Assembly: GCA_965237675.1 (NCBI GenBank)
Contig: OZ250150.1
Location: forward strand, 4,832,001-4,896,000
Reading direction: 5' to 3'
Source: Candidatus Latescibacterota bacterium
GTDB taxonomy: Bacteria > Latescibacterota > UBA2968 > GCA-2709665
Length of the DNA: 64,000 nucleotides
Shown here: one piece after another, positions 1 through 10,428 of the stretch
How the letters are laid out: every line of letters starts with the position of its first letter
Position numbering within the stretch: the first letter of the stretch is position 1
Made by a program: the position numbers and the translations under genes
Notes under the pieces: generated by a model
Seen by the model: the letters and a program-made list of their open reading frames with translations, nothing else
Database searches by the model: none
Told to the model about the DNA's origin: nothing

Positions 1-582
1 TTTACCGAAGCGGGGTGGCAAAAGGAAAAACCATACCGAAAGTCACACTGCGCCGGTTGCCCTTATAAGGACATCCTCGCCGCACTGCGGGAAGAAGCGG
101 CTGTTCTGGGCCAGAACCCGTTCCTCACCGCCGACCCCGGCTGCGTCGTCATTGCCTCCGAATACCTCGACACAAAGCTTTGTATGGGATCCGCCGTCGG
201 CGCCGCTCTCGGACTCCAGAAAGCCGGTGTGCGGGAGCGCGTTGTGGCCATTACAGGCGACTCGGCTTTCTACCACAGCAGCATCAACGCACTGATCCAC
301 GCCAGATCCACCGGCGCCAACCTGCTCCTGTTGGTCCTCGACAACACGGGCGCACTCACAACCGGAGGCCAACCCACCCCGGATCATGGCGTTCTGGTCG
401 CCGGAAATCCGGGGCCGGTCGTCGCAATCAACGACCTGGCAGCGGCCTGCGGCGTCGACTCGATCTGGACGGTTGAAGAAACAGACCCGGAGGAACTCAT
501 GCGCGGTATCTTCCGTGAAGCCCTGCAGATCGAAGGTCTCGGCCTGGTGACGATTCGAAAACGTTGTGAAGCGGTGGATTAA
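1..582 (+). CDS. iorA: Indolepyruvate ferredoxin oxidoreductase alpha-like subunit, TPP-binding C-terminal part (5' truncated by window)
   Basis: Frame 1 is open from base 1: HCAGCPY, TADPGC, CMGS, TPP motif GDSAFYHS and LDNTGALTTGGQP. Confidence 0.75.
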   Translation, partial: FTEAGWQKEKPYRKSHCAGCPYKDILAALREEAAVLGQNPFLTADPGCVVIASEYLDTKLCMGSAVGAALGLQKAGVRERVVAITGDSAFYHSSINALIHARSTGANLLLLVLDNTGALTTGGQPTPDHGVLVAGNPGPVVAINDLAAACGVDSIWTVEETDPEELMRGIFREALQIEGLGLVTIRKRCEAVD

Positions 583-630
583 AAAAAGGGCTCGCCCGGG
601 CATATTAAGAAATTCCGGAGGAGCCTTTTT
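581..630. terminator. Probable bidirectional intrinsic terminator
   Basis: AAAAAAAGGGCTC...GAGCCTTTTT inverted repeat with A/T tails between convergent genes. Confidence 0.6.
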
Positions 631-775
631 AAGGCCGTAATCGCAGCGCGGTGCATTGCCCGACTGGCGGCTGCGGGGAGATTCCCCTGCGACACACACA
701 CAACAACCACGCCCGCTTAATTGAGGCGTCTGAAAAACCGCTCGAGTGTCTATTTGCTCATTCTGTTGTCTGATT

Positions 776-1357
776 CTATCGGAATTCGAGGGAGGACGCG
801 ATGGACCGGTACTCTTCAAGGGGAAAGCTGGAAGACATCCCGTTGCCCATCATCAGATACGCCTTCCGCCCATCCAACACGACCGTTACGATATACCGGT
901 CTCCCCGTCGGCGCAGAAATACGGTCTGGAATATCCACTCGATGCCTTCACGCCCCGATATCTGGAAAGTGCGCTTCTCCTCAGCCCGGTATCCCAGATT
1001 GGTGGACTTCAACTCCTCCTCGAGTTGGGCCGTAACCGTCTGAAGTGTCGCATTTTCTGGAAGCGCCCGGGGCCTCAGCGTCATCACCGCCACGAATCCC
1101 GAAATCGGCTCTCGCCGCATCACCACTTCGACCCGGGGCAATCCGTTTGACTCCCGGGTCTGAAAGTTGGTTTGCGACGTCCAGCCCCACACATCCGGGA
1201 TCGAAATCCGGAATCCCCATTCATCGTTCGAATACACCCGGTCGCCGTCGGAGCCGGCGGTCGGATTGTTGGCGGTGTCATCTGGGATAGGACCACAACT
1301 CAGCAACGCGCCGATACACACTAGGCAGGACCAGATGCTGGTTTGATGTCTGGACAT
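776..1357 (-). CDS. Putative lipoprotein, PsbP/DcrB-like fold
   Basis: Signal peptide with lipobox ALLSC; YSNDEWGFRISIPDVW and C-terminal YRSIASSLEF resemble PsbP-like proteins; SD GGAAGGTGG. Confidence 0.55.
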   Translation of the reverse strand: MSRHQTSIWSCLVCIGALLSCGPIPDDTANNPTAGSDGDRVYSNDEWGFRISIPDVWGWTSQTNFQTRESNGLPRVEVVMRREPISGFVAVMTLRPRALPENATLQTVTAQLEEELKSTNLGYRAEEKRTFQISGREGIEWIFQTVFLRRRGDRYIVTVVLDGRKAYLMMGNGMSSSFPLEEYRSIASSLEFR

Positions 1358-1393
1358 AGTGCCCACCTTCCTTTCGGATTCCTTCAGAGACGG

Positions 1394-2071
1394 TCAGCGC
1401 ACAATGCCCAGCCGTCTCCATCGAATTTTCCTGAACGGATTCCAAAGCGGAGCGCCGGCGTTCCACGAGAAATATATCAGCAGCGGATGCGCTTTCACTT
1501 TGTCGAGCGACACCGGCCCCCAGAACCTGCTGTCGTCGCTGTTGTCCCGATTGTCTCCCATCACGAACACATAGCCCGGCGGCACCGTATAGGGTCCGTA
1601 GTTGTCACGCGCGCTATACCGCTTGGGCTGGGTCCGCCGGTCCATAAACTTTACGCCCGTGGGATTCGTAAACGCTTTGCCGTCTACGTAAATCACCTTG
1701 TTTCTGATCTCAATCGTCTGGCCTCCGACGGCAATACACCGCTTGATGAAGTCCCGTGATGCATCTTGTGGAAATTCAAAAATCACCAGATCGCCCGGCT
1801 TCGGAGAACGAAAACCCGGTAACCGAAAGGAAGGCAGTTTGTAATTCAGGACAGGCAGACGATCCGGAACCTGCGTGCCGAAAGTCAGCTTGTCGCCAAG
1901 AACGTAATCGCCCTCCATCAATGTGTTCTCCATGGAACCCGATGGTATATGATAGGCCTGCACCAGCGTTGCCCGGATCAATACAGCCAGAAAGACCGCA
2001 AAAATGATCGATTTCAGGTAGTCGACCAGAATACGGCCGGTACGTGGCTGCCGCGGGCGTTGTGATTTCAT
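1394..2071 (-). CDS. lepB: Signal peptidase I
   Basis: IPSGSM, DFIKR and MGDNRDNSDDSRFWG motifs. Confidence 0.95.
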   Translation of the reverse strand: MKSQRPRQPRTGRILVDYLKSIIFAVFLAVLIRATLVQAYHIPSGSMENTLMEGDYVLGDKLTFGTQVPDRLPVLNYKLPSFRLPGFRSPKPGDLVIFEFPQDASRDFIKRCIAVGGQTIEIRNKVIYVDGKAFTNPTGVKFMDRRTQPKRYSARDNYGPYTVPPGYVFVMGDNRDNSDDSRFWGPVSLDKVKAHPLLIYFSWNAGAPLWNPFRKIRWRRLGIVR

Positions 2072-2148
2072 AGGTCAACCTCCAGGACGTCTCCCAGGAC
2101 GTCTCTATGTAAAGATATAACAGGAATCGACATTGCAAACACGTATGC

Positions 2149-3165
2149 TTAAACGCGGAAAGAAGCTGACGGTTCCCGCGCGCCGGAGCCGTAATTCGAG
2201 AAGCAGGGCGTCTCAGGTTGCCCGCTGGCGGCAGATCGGTTGGCCGCAAGGGTCACGTCCAACGAACGGACACCGTCCTCGTAGTCCGATAGAACGGCCG
2301 ACCCATCGCCCTTGCGAATCGCATTGATGAACACCTCGTCAATATCGCCGGAATCCTCCGGAACCGGCCCCGGGTCGGCCGCGGATTCAGGATATACCGC
2401 CAGACCCTCCGGCCCGAATTCCGCTCGCATGTCTTTCAATACGAACGACATAAGCCCGGTCCCGCCGCCTTTCCGAAACGTACACGTGGACGTCAATGAA
2501 CCAATTGCCCCCGTCTCGAACTTCAAATTGACTGCGTGTACATCCGGAATATCCAGGCTTTCTTCGTCATCCAACGTACGCAACGCGTAGTAGGCGTGCA
2601 CTTCCGCCACCTCACCCGCAAGATAGCGAAGCAGGTCCACCTGGTGGGTCGTCTGCTCAACGATCTGGCCGCCCGATTGCGACATCACACGCCACCACGG
2701 TGTTCCCGGAAGCCCGCCCCATCTGTGAACCGCAGCCATCCCGATCGTTCGACCCGTCAAAAACGCCCTCGCCTGCTGTACGATACCCGAATAGCGCAAC
2801 TGATAGCCCACGCACGTCAACACGCCCGCCTTCCGGACGGCCTCCATAATTTCGAGGGCCTTCTCCATCGTGTCCGCCACGGGTTTTTCCACGAACAGAT
2901 GCACACCCTGCCGCACCGCCAGAATCTCCGCATCGGTATGTGCAAAGGTGGGAACGCTCACATACAGCGCCGTCAGAGATTCGCTGTCGAGCATCTTCCG
3001 ATGGTCGGTATACGCCCTGGCGCCATACTCGCCGGCCACACGTTCGGCGGTTTCCCCCAATACATCGCAAATCGCCACAATGTTCACATCCTCGATCCCG
3101 TGCAACACCCTCATATGGGATTTCGCGCGACCCCCGGCGCCCACAAATCCTACCTGAATTGCCAC
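2149..3165 (-). CDS. Gfo/Idh/MocA family oxidoreductase
   Basis: GFVGAGG, HLFVEKP, SGGQIVEQTTHQVD; GTG start after GGAGG. Confidence 0.9.
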   Translation of the reverse strand: MAIQVGFVGAGGRAKSHMRVLHGIEDVNIVAICDVLGETAERVAGEYGARAYTDHRKMLDSESLTALYVSVPTFAHTDAEILAVRQGVHLFVEKPVADTMEKALEIMEAVRKAGVLTCVGYQLRYSGIVQQARAFLTGRTIGMAAVHRWGGLPGTPWWRVMSQSGGQIVEQTTHQVDLLRYLAGEVAEVHAYYALRTLDDEESLDIPDVHAVNLKFETGAIGSLTSTCTFRKGGGTGLMSFVLKDMRAEFGPEGLAVYPESAADPGPVPEDSGDIDEVFINAIRKGDGSAVLSDYEDGVRSLDVTLAANRSAASGQPETPCFSNYGSGAREPSASFRV

Positions 3166-3353
3166 ACTCACCTCCCGGTTTTTATCGTTTGAACATAAAA
3201 TCAAACTTAACCAGCCACGACATGCGCTGTCAAGCGAATTCAACAACACCTGGTGGGTCACGCACCTGCTTTTGTCTTTGAATATTCCGGTTCGGGGTCT
3301 TAACTTACCCGTTGAAATCCCAATTCAACCCAGAGCCGAAGAGGGTATTTCCC

Positions 3354-4394
3354 ATGCGAGTCGAGGACCTGGACACGCCGGCATTGACCATAGATCTCGA
3401 CATTCTTTCCAAGAATATCCACGATCTGGCTGAATCCTGCCGACGGCACGAGATTGCGCTGCGCGTACATACCAAAACCCACAAGATTCCGGAAATAGCC
3501 CGCCTGCAACTCGAGGCCGGCGCCAATGGAATTGTCTGTCAGAAGTTAGGCGAAGCGGAAGTCATGGTCGATGCTGGAATCACCGACATCCTCATTCCCT
3601 ACAATATCGTCGGCGCCACAAAGGTGGATCGCCTGGTCCGCCTGCGGAAACGGGCTAGCATCACCGTTGCCCTGGACTCTGAAACGACTGCGCGCGGTAT
3701 ATCGGAACAGGCCGGCGAGCCCGAAATCGATGTCTTGATCGAACTGGACACCGGCGGCAATCGCTGCGGCGTCCAGACTCCCGAAGCCGCCCTCGAACTT
3801 GCGCGTAAAATCGTCGCTCTACCCGGCCTCCGCTTCGAGGGTATTATGACGTACCCCAGCCGGCCCCAAGCCGAACCCTTTTTGACACGAACACGAACGC
3901 TGCTGGAAAACGCAGGTATTTCCGTGCATACTGTCAGCGGCGGCGGGACCGGAACCGAAGCCGTATCCAAACAGATCGGCTGCACTGAAACCCGCATCGG
4001 CTCCTACGTGTTCGAGGGGATGCGCCGTATCAATCATACCGACAACAGGCCCAACCCCATTACCTGCGCCGAACGGGTGATCGTGACCGTTGTCAGCATC
4101 CCGACCCGGGAACGCGTGATCGTGGACGGCGGCCAGAAAACCTTTACCAGTTATCCACCCACCCCGTATGGCTGCATCGTCGAATACCCCGACGCCGAAA
4201 TATACAGTATGTCCGTGGAACATGGCCACGTGGACGTCAGTGCCAGCGACCATACGTTCCAGGTCGGCGAACGCCTCTCTGTTGTTCCCCAGCACCAGGG
4301 CATGACCACAAACCTGCACGATACCGCCTATGCCGTGAGGAATGGCGTTGTGGTGGCCGTCTGGGCTGTTGCCGGCCGCGGCAAAGCACAATAG
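3354..4394 (+). CDS. DSD1/D-threonine aldolase family PLP enzyme
   Basis: DTPAL, RVHTKTHK (PLP lysine), DTGGNRCGV, SGGGT, SVEHGH. Confidence 0.85.
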   Translation: MRVEDLDTPALTIDLDILSKNIHDLAESCRRHEIALRVHTKTHKIPEIARLQLEAGANGIVCQKLGEAEVMVDAGITDILIPYNIVGATKVDRLVRLRKRASITVALDSETTARGISEQAGEPEIDVLIELDTGGNRCGVQTPEAALELARKIVALPGLRFEGIMTYPSRPQAEPFLTRTRTLLENAGISVHTVSGGGTGTEAVSKQIGCTETRIGSYVFEGMRRINHTDNRPNPITCAERVIVTVVSIPTRERVIVDGGQKTFTSYPPTPYGCIVEYPDAEIYSMSVEHGHVDVSASDHTFQVGERLSVVPQHQGMTTNLHDTAYAVRNGVVVAVWAVAGRGKAQ

Positions 4395-4505
4395 ATGCGC
4401 GGAGAACGAGACCGGAGACTCGTGCCCTCATTTCGCAGCTGAATTCCGTCTTGGATTCCGCGGTCCGGTCCATCCGACGTGGCGATTTCTCAAAAGGAGT
4501 TCGAT

Positions 4506-5399
4506 ATGCGTCAAGTTCAGTGGGAACGCATGTTCCCCGACCAACTGGAAGCCGCCTTCGACAATTGCCCGCTCGTCTACTTCTCCTACGGCCTTTGCGA
4601 ACCTCACGGCCCGCACGACGCCGTAGGCCTTGATGGTCTTAAAGCGCACGGCATTGCCTGCGAGGCCGCCCGCACACACGGGGGTATTGTGGCCCCGCCG
4701 GACTTCTGGCACATACACGAACTCGGCGGGTATGCCCTTTGGTTGGAGCGCACGGTGGGCCAGGCGAAACGCTCCTGGATGACCTGCATGCCTCCATGGC
4801 AGCATTTCAAGAACATCTGCTACCACATCCGCATGGCCGACCACCTTCGCTTCCAGGCCGCCATTTTCCTTACGGGTCACTACGGCCCCAACTGGAAGGA
4901 CCTCAAAACGCTCATCGAACTGGTGCAACCCCACGTGGGCACCCGGCTGTACGGCCTGCCGGACCACGAAGCCAACCAGCCCGGTTTCGACAACGACGGC
5001 AGGAGCGGCGGCGACCACGCCGGAAAGGTGGAAACCTCACTTCTCTGGGCGCTCCAACCCGACTGCGTGGACCTCTCCCGGGTGCCGCCCGAAGACGCAC
5101 CCGGACCTCATTTCGCGATGGGCCCAACGGTTCGCCTGTCCGACCGACGCGTCGGCGAGCGCATGGTGGCCGACGAAGTCCGTTGGATGGGCGAAAAAGC
5201 AAAAGAACTGCTCAAGGAATACAAGGACAATAACCCGGACCACAAACTGCAGACCTACGAAGATGTGGAAGTCCTCTGGGAAACCGTGGTTGGCCCCGCA
5301 CTGCCCGGGTTCGAGACCATGCAGGACAGCTGGACATCGGAAACCCTATCCGAATCCTCGACCTGGTATCCCAACTGGCGCGTGCCTGATCGGGGATAG
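4506..5399 (+). CDS. Creatininase-like amidohydrolase
   Basis: GLCEPHGPH..GLD, TGHYGPN, DHAGKVETS motifs; SD AAGGAG. Confidence 0.85.
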   Translation: MRQVQWERMFPDQLEAAFDNCPLVYFSYGLCEPHGPHDAVGLDGLKAHGIACEAARTHGGIVAPPDFWHIHELGGYALWLERTVGQAKRSWMTCMPPWQHFKNICYHIRMADHLRFQAAIFLTGHYGPNWKDLKTLIELVQPHVGTRLYGLPDHEANQPGFDNDGRSGGDHAGKVETSLLWALQPDCVDLSRVPPEDAPGPHFAMGPTVRLSDRRVGERMVADEVRWMGEKAKELLKEYKDNNPDHKLQTYEDVEVLWETVVGPALPGFETMQDSWTSETLSESSTWYPNWRVPDRG

Positions 5400-5480
5400 A
5401 CGAACCGCCTTCGAATCCCATTGTCTCCGGTCCGGAAGTCGGCAGATGCGGCTTCGATCGTTGCGGGTTCGCTGCTCCAA

Positions 5481-5864
5481 TCAGTCCGCCCTTTCCAGCA
5501 GTTCAACCTCGTAACCGTCCGGATCGTCCACAAAAGCCATCTTCCTTCCCATCGGAAACGTCTTACGCCACTCGCCCGGCCAGATTTCGATTCCTTTCTT
5601 CTCAAGACCGTCGCAAAACGCGATCAGGTCCGGCACGCCGATCGCAAAATGCATCAAATCCTCCGGCACATTCAGTTCGTAATCGTCGGAATAGGTCAGT
5701 TCGAGCGTATGGGCGTTGCCAGGCAACTCCAGGTGCATGATCTGGTTTCCCGCCGGGGACTTCTCCGACCTGCTCTTTACCACGAATCCAAAATGATCGC
5801 AATAGAATGCCGCCGACTGATCCAGGTTGCTTACCCGAATCCTGGTATGGAGAAATACCGCCAT
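5481..5864 (-). CDS. VOC/glyoxalase family protein (lactoylglutathione lyase-like)
   Basis: LHTRIRV, LELTY, HFAIGV, FVDDPDGYEVEL. Confidence 0.9.
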   Translation of the reverse strand: MAVFLHTRIRVSNLDQSAAFYCDHFGFVVKSRSEKSPAGNQIMHLELPGNAHTLELTYSDDYELNVPEDLMHFAIGVPDLIAFCDGLEKKGIEIWPGEWRKTFPMGRKMAFVDDPDGYEVELLERAD

Positions 5865-5919
5865 CGCACGCTCCTTTCTTCAAGTCAGTGTCCGCTGGAC
5901 CAACCCGTGGCGGCCCAAC

Positions 5920-5950
5920 AAAAAAAGACAGCCTGTAGCTGCCCGTCTTC
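5920..5950 (-). terminator. Intrinsic terminator after the HTH gene
   Basis: Minus strand AAGACGG...CTGTCTTTTTTT: hairpin followed by a T tract. Confidence 0.55.
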
Positions 5951-5971
5951 CTATGCCTTCATTCCGTCATT

Positions 5972-6352
5972 CTACGCCGTTACTGACGAAACTGGATTGC
6001 TCCCTTCCTTTCTGACAGGCGACCAGTCTGTTTTCGTTTCGATACCCAGCGCCTGGCGCACCTGGCGTATCCCCTGAAGGTAATAATTCCGTACCGTACT
6101 CTTGGAGACGGAAAGCAGCAGCGCAATTTCCGCCATGGACTTGCCCTGTGAGCGCAGCAGCAAAACCTCGTACTTGCGGCCGGTCAACGTGGGCTCAATC
6201 ACGGACTTGACGGCTTCCAATTTTTCGTCATCCAAGTCCATCTTTGCATATGGATCGGGATCGAGCGAATGCCGGAGTATGAATGACAACGGGACGGTCT
6301 CCGTTTGGGGATGACACCGTTCCGTCACCGTGTTGTATCGGGGTCCTCGCAT
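5972..6352 (-). CDS. Small LuxR/sigma-70 region 4-type HTH protein
   Basis: LTGRKYEVLLLRSQGKSMAEIALLLSVSKSTVRNY. Confidence 0.7.
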   Translation of the reverse strand: MRGPRYNTVTERCHPQTETVPLSFILRHSLDPDPYAKMDLDDEKLEAVKSVIEPTLTGRKYEVLLLRSQGKSMAEIALLLSVSKSTVRNYYLQGIRQVRQALGIETKTDWSPVRKEGSNPVSSVTA

Positions 6353-6600
6353 ATCGGATCCACGTTCCTGTGATTGACCGTTGGATTCTTGCACCCTACC
6401 GGATGCATTCTCACGTGTCGACAATTTAGCCTGTTCTCCCGTGCCACGCAAGCGAAAACTCGCCGCGCGCACTTTCCATAGTTTCAACCGTCGTGATCCA
6501 GCCACACCGCCCGGATCGATTTCCGCACCACGACAGCCATCGTTCCTTTACCCGATCGGGCGCACGCCGAGCGTTCATCCCCGGGCGGTACCGTCGTTCG

Positions 6601-7533
6601 TTAACCCAGGGGGCGCCGCGCAAAGCCCGACCGGTCCGCCACCTGTAACACGCGTTCGTTCAACCGGTCCGCATGCAATATTGTCTCCCGATCTGGCGTC
6701 AACGCCAGGCTCCGCACCTGTGAATGCCCAATAATACCCCGTGCGGTCAACAACCGCTTTTCCACCACCAGGTACAGTTCCATATTTTGCAGAGAGAAGA
6801 CGATCTGCGCCAGGATCCCGTCGAACACATCAAGTGCGCCGTCAAGTTCGCCCGCCGACCCCAGTTCCCAGATCCGATTCATCACATCCGCGTGCCCAAG
6901 ACCGGGCATTACGCCCGCGACGCCCCACTCGAACAGGTCCGGCATATACATTCCTCCCCAACCCTCCAGAACAGCCACCTGGTCACCCGTTGCCTCCCGG
7001 ATCCCCCGAAGCTTGCGACCCAACAGCGGCTCCTCCAGTTTAATGTACCTGAAGTTATCACAAATCTCGCGAAGTCGTCTGCAGAACACGCCGTCGACGG
7101 TCGGACCGCCCGGATTGAAATCCTGAATCAGTATCGGAACCTCCACCGCGTCACAGATGGTCCGACAGTACGCGAGCAGGTCCGCTTCCGTTGTGCCAAA
7201 CTGCCTTGGGATTGCAAAACTGATGACATCGGCGCCGGCATCAGCGTTTGCCCGGGCAAAATTCGCCGCTTGCCGCGCAGAAGGGTGGTTCGACTGGCCC
7301 ACCACCGGAATCCTTCCCGCGGCGGCCGACACCGCGGTCCGGACAACCGCGAGCCGCTCCTGCTCCGATTGCTTGTAAAACTCGCTTGCATAAGCTGGCA
7401 AACACACCGCTCCAATGCCGAACGCCACCGCCGCCTCAACCTGCCGGGCGATATCTTCAAATACAATCTCCTCCCGGTCATCAAAAGGTGTTACCAGCAC
7501 CGCCGCGACCCCTCGAATATCTTCTCCGGCCAT
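6601..7533 (-). CDS. Dihydrodipicolinate synthase family protein
   Basis: LVTPFD, AYASEF, ILIQD, YIKLE (Schiff-base Lys); SD GGAGGA. Confidence 0.9.
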   Translation of the reverse strand: MAGEDIRGVAAVLVTPFDDREEIVFEDIARQVEAAVAFGIGAVCLPAYASEFYKQSEQERLAVVRTAVSAAAGRIPVVGQSNHPSARQAANFARANADAGADVISFAIPRQFGTTEADLLAYCRTICDAVEVPILIQDFNPGGPTVDGVFCRRLREICDNFRYIKLEEPLLGRKLRGIREATGDQVAVLEGWGGMYMPDLFEWGVAGVMPGLGHADVMNRIWELGSAGELDGALDVFDGILAQIVFSLQNMELYLVVEKRLLTARGIIGHSQVRSLALTPDRETILHADRLNERVLQVADRSGFARRPLG

Positions 7534-8142
7534 GTCGATCCTCCACGATCTGAAATAGTGAGCGGCCAGGACTGTCGGAATTCGTCTGGCATTTATCCGC
7601 AACTGCCGATCCACCAACAAGACGCTCTCCAATACGGTCGTTGAATGGCGGTCATCAGCCTTCGCGGGTGGCCGGGGACGGAGGAGGTTGCGGGGAATCC
7701 CGTCAACGCCAGCGACCCTATCCGCCCGCTGGCTGTCGTCGTCAGAGACGGGCGGAACTTCCGCGCAAGGGAACGAAAACCAGGTGCCGACATGGTGCAC
7801 GCGACACCGATTGCCCGCCTTGGCGGCCGGCGGCGGCGGTTGACTCCAGTATGGCGATATGTTAAATTGTATTCCCGAAAGGTTTTCGCGACAAGACTGT
7901 CTGGAATATGTGACTTCGACTGATTGTGACGATTCAGCCGGCAACAAACGGCGTGGCTTTCCATTGCAGGATGGGGCTGTCCCAATCCCGTGGGAAGGAT
8001 GTCGCATCGCACGGTAATGCGTTCAAGGTCAACCCTGAACGCAGAATCGTCGGATGTCTGCGTCCATCGTAAAGACAGCCGAGGTATGATAGCTGCGGCT
8101 CGTACCGGCAGCGTGGCCCAATCAAACCCATTGGAGGTCTCC

Positions 8143-10347
8143 GTGGCCTTACAAACGGCTGGCTCCAAAACCCTCCCGGCCGTCGAAGCCTTCGTCGAAC
8201 GTGAGTCAGATTTTCCCGATCTGCAGAACCTGCTCCGGTCAACCTTCGACGTGCGTCCGAACCAGAATCTTCAGCTCATCTCCAAAGCCTACCGTTTTGC
8301 GGAACTGGCCCATCGCAACCAGCACCGCAAATCAGGCGATCCCGCCATTTCTCACGCCGTGGCCGTCTGCCGCATCCTTATCGACCTCGGCCTGGACGCC
8401 ACGACCATCGCCGTCGGCCTGTTACACGACGTTGTCGACGAAACCCGTGTTCCACTTTCTCAGATCGAATCTCATTTCGGGGCTGAAATTGCCGGGCTGG
8501 TGGATGGTGTGTCCAAAATCACGGATTTTTCCTTCCAGAGCCCCGAAGCCGAACAGGCCGAAAATTTCCGCAAGATGTTGCTCTCCATGGCCCGAGATAT
8601 CCGCGTGGTTCTCATCAAACTTGCGGACCGCCTCCACAACATGCGCACCCTGCAGTATATGCGTTTGGAGAGCCAGGAGCGAATGGTTTACGAAAGTCGC
8701 GATATCTACGCGCCTCTTGCCCACCGGCTGGGCATGTCCAGAATCCGGGCGGAACTGGAAGATCTCAGTCTCAAGTGGCTGGAACCGAAAGCGTACCGGT
8801 ATATCCAGGAAAAGATCAACCTGACGCGGGAAGAACGCGAAGCCTGCATTGAAGCCGTGCAGGAGCCGCTTGGCGAGGCCCTCAAAAAAGCGGGGATTCA
8901 GGCTGACATGACAGGCCGCTCGAAAAATTTCAGCAGCATTTACAAGAAAATGAACGTGCGCGGAAAGGCTTTTGAGGAAATTTACGACCTCCTGGCGCTT
9001 CGCGTTCTGGTCGATACCGTTCCTGAATGCTATAACGTTCTGGGCCTGGTCCATGCCCTGTACCCGCCCGTCATCTCCCGCTTCAAAGACTTCATTGCTA
9101 CCCCCAAGAGCAATATGTACCAGTCTCTTCATACCACGATAATCGGCCCGGAAGGCATGATGCTCGAGGTGCAGACCCGCACCCGGGAAATGCACCAGAC
9201 CGCGGAGGTCGGCATTGCGGCCCACTGGCTTTACAAGGAGGGTAAACGCGGCCCATCCGAGATGGATCGTCACATGGCCTGGTTGCGCAGCCTGCTGGAG
9301 TGGCAGCGGGAAACCACGAATCCGCAAGAATTCATGGAAATTCTGAAGGTCGATCTCTTTCCGAACGAAATCTACGTTTTCACCCCCAAAGGGGACCTCA
9401 TCCAGCTTCCGGAAGACGCCACGCCTCTTGACTTTGCATTTGCGGTGCACACCGATGTCGGCCTGCGTTGTGTCGGCAGCCGGGTGGACGACCAAATGGT
9501 ATCTCTGTCCACCCCGCTGCAAACGGGCAGTACCGTTGAAGTGGTTACCTCACCCCACCAGAGGCCCAACAGGACCTGGCTCGATTTTGTCAAGAGCGCC
9601 AAGGCCCGCAGCCGCATCAGGCGCTGGTTACGCGAGGAAGAACATTCCCAAAGCGTTCGGCTTGGCCACGACATGCTGGACCGCGAACTCAAACGCAGAA
9701 GAAAACGTACGGCCGAAGAGAAACTGGAAGAGGCAGCCGATCACTTCAGCCTACCGGACGTTGAACATCTTTACGCCAGCCTGGGCAACGGGACCCTCTC
9801 CCTTGAACGGGTCATGCATCAGATTTTTCCCACAGCCCGCCCAACACCCAGACGCCAGCGTCCGGAACCCAAAAAAAAGGGCCTCAAGAACCCTATTGTC
9901 ATACACAGCCTGAACCACCTGATGATCCAGTTCGCCCGCTGCTGCCAGCCCATATACGGCGATGCCGTTCTCGGTGTGGTTACGCGGGGAAAAGGCATAT
10001 CCGTCCACCGGAGGGACTGTCGCAATATTGCGAACCTCAAGGAAGGCCGCGACCGCCTGGTCGACGTTGACTGGAACGCGGAAGAAGGGTCGACCTTCAC
10101 CGTGCAGATACGCGTCAGCGGCGTCGACCGCCCCAATTTCCTGCGCGATATCAGCCAGGTCATATCGGGTCTGGACATCCCGGTCATCGAAGGAAGGCTG
10201 AGCACAGCCGGCGGCCAGGTCGGCAACCGGTTCACCGTCGAAGTCACAAACGCCGACCAACTCCTCGTCCTGCGAAAGAAAATACTTTCCGTGCCGGGCG
10301 TCTCATCCGTTCAGCGCATAAACGACAGTTCCGACAACGTCTTGTAA
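8143..10347 (+). CDS. rel: Long RelA/SpoT (p)ppGpp synthetase/hydrolase (HD-SYNTH-TGS-ZFD-ACT)
   Basis: KLADRLHNMRTL, RFKD, YQSLHTT, EVQTRT, TGS and ACT domains; GTG start after GGAGG. Confidence 0.95.
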   Translation: MALQTAGSKTLPAVEAFVERESDFPDLQNLLRSTFDVRPNQNLQLISKAYRFAELAHRNQHRKSGDPAISHAVAVCRILIDLGLDATTIAVGLLHDVVDETRVPLSQIESHFGAEIAGLVDGVSKITDFSFQSPEAEQAENFRKMLLSMARDIRVVLIKLADRLHNMRTLQYMRLESQERMVYESRDIYAPLAHRLGMSRIRAELEDLSLKWLEPKAYRYIQEKINLTREEREACIEAVQEPLGEALKKAGIQADMTGRSKNFSSIYKKMNVRGKAFEEIYDLLALRVLVDTVPECYNVLGLVHALYPPVISRFKDFIATPKSNMYQSLHTTIIGPEGMMLEVQTRTREMHQTAEVGIAAHWLYKEGKRGPSEMDRHMAWLRSLLEWQRETTNPQEFMEILKVDLFPNEIYVFTPKGDLIQLPEDATPLDFAFAVHTDVGLRCVGSRVDDQMVSLSTPLQTGSTVEVVTSPHQRPNRTWLDFVKSAKARSRIRRWLREEEHSQSVRLGHDMLDRELKRRRKRTAEEKLEEAADHFSLPDVEHLYASLGNGTLSLERVMHQIFPTARPTPRRQRPEPKKKGLKNPIVIHSLNHLMIQFARCCQPIYGDAVLGVVTRGKGISVHRRDCRNIANLKEGRDRLVDVDWNAEEGSTFTVQIRVSGVDRPNFLRDISQVISGLDIPVIEGRLSTAGGQVGNRFTVEVTNADQLLVLRKKILSVPGVSSVQRINDSSDNVL

Positions 10348-10428
10348 ACGCCCGCATACGGATCTCCTTGCTCGTCATCGCGTTCTTCGAGACGTTCACC
10401 GTTCTCACACAGAGCGTGGCCCCTCGCG

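Noticed and set aside
7534-8142. Long N-terminal extensions of the DHDPS and Rel ORFs
   Set aside because: Good SD + start codons exist at 7533 and 8143; the extensions lack family similarity.
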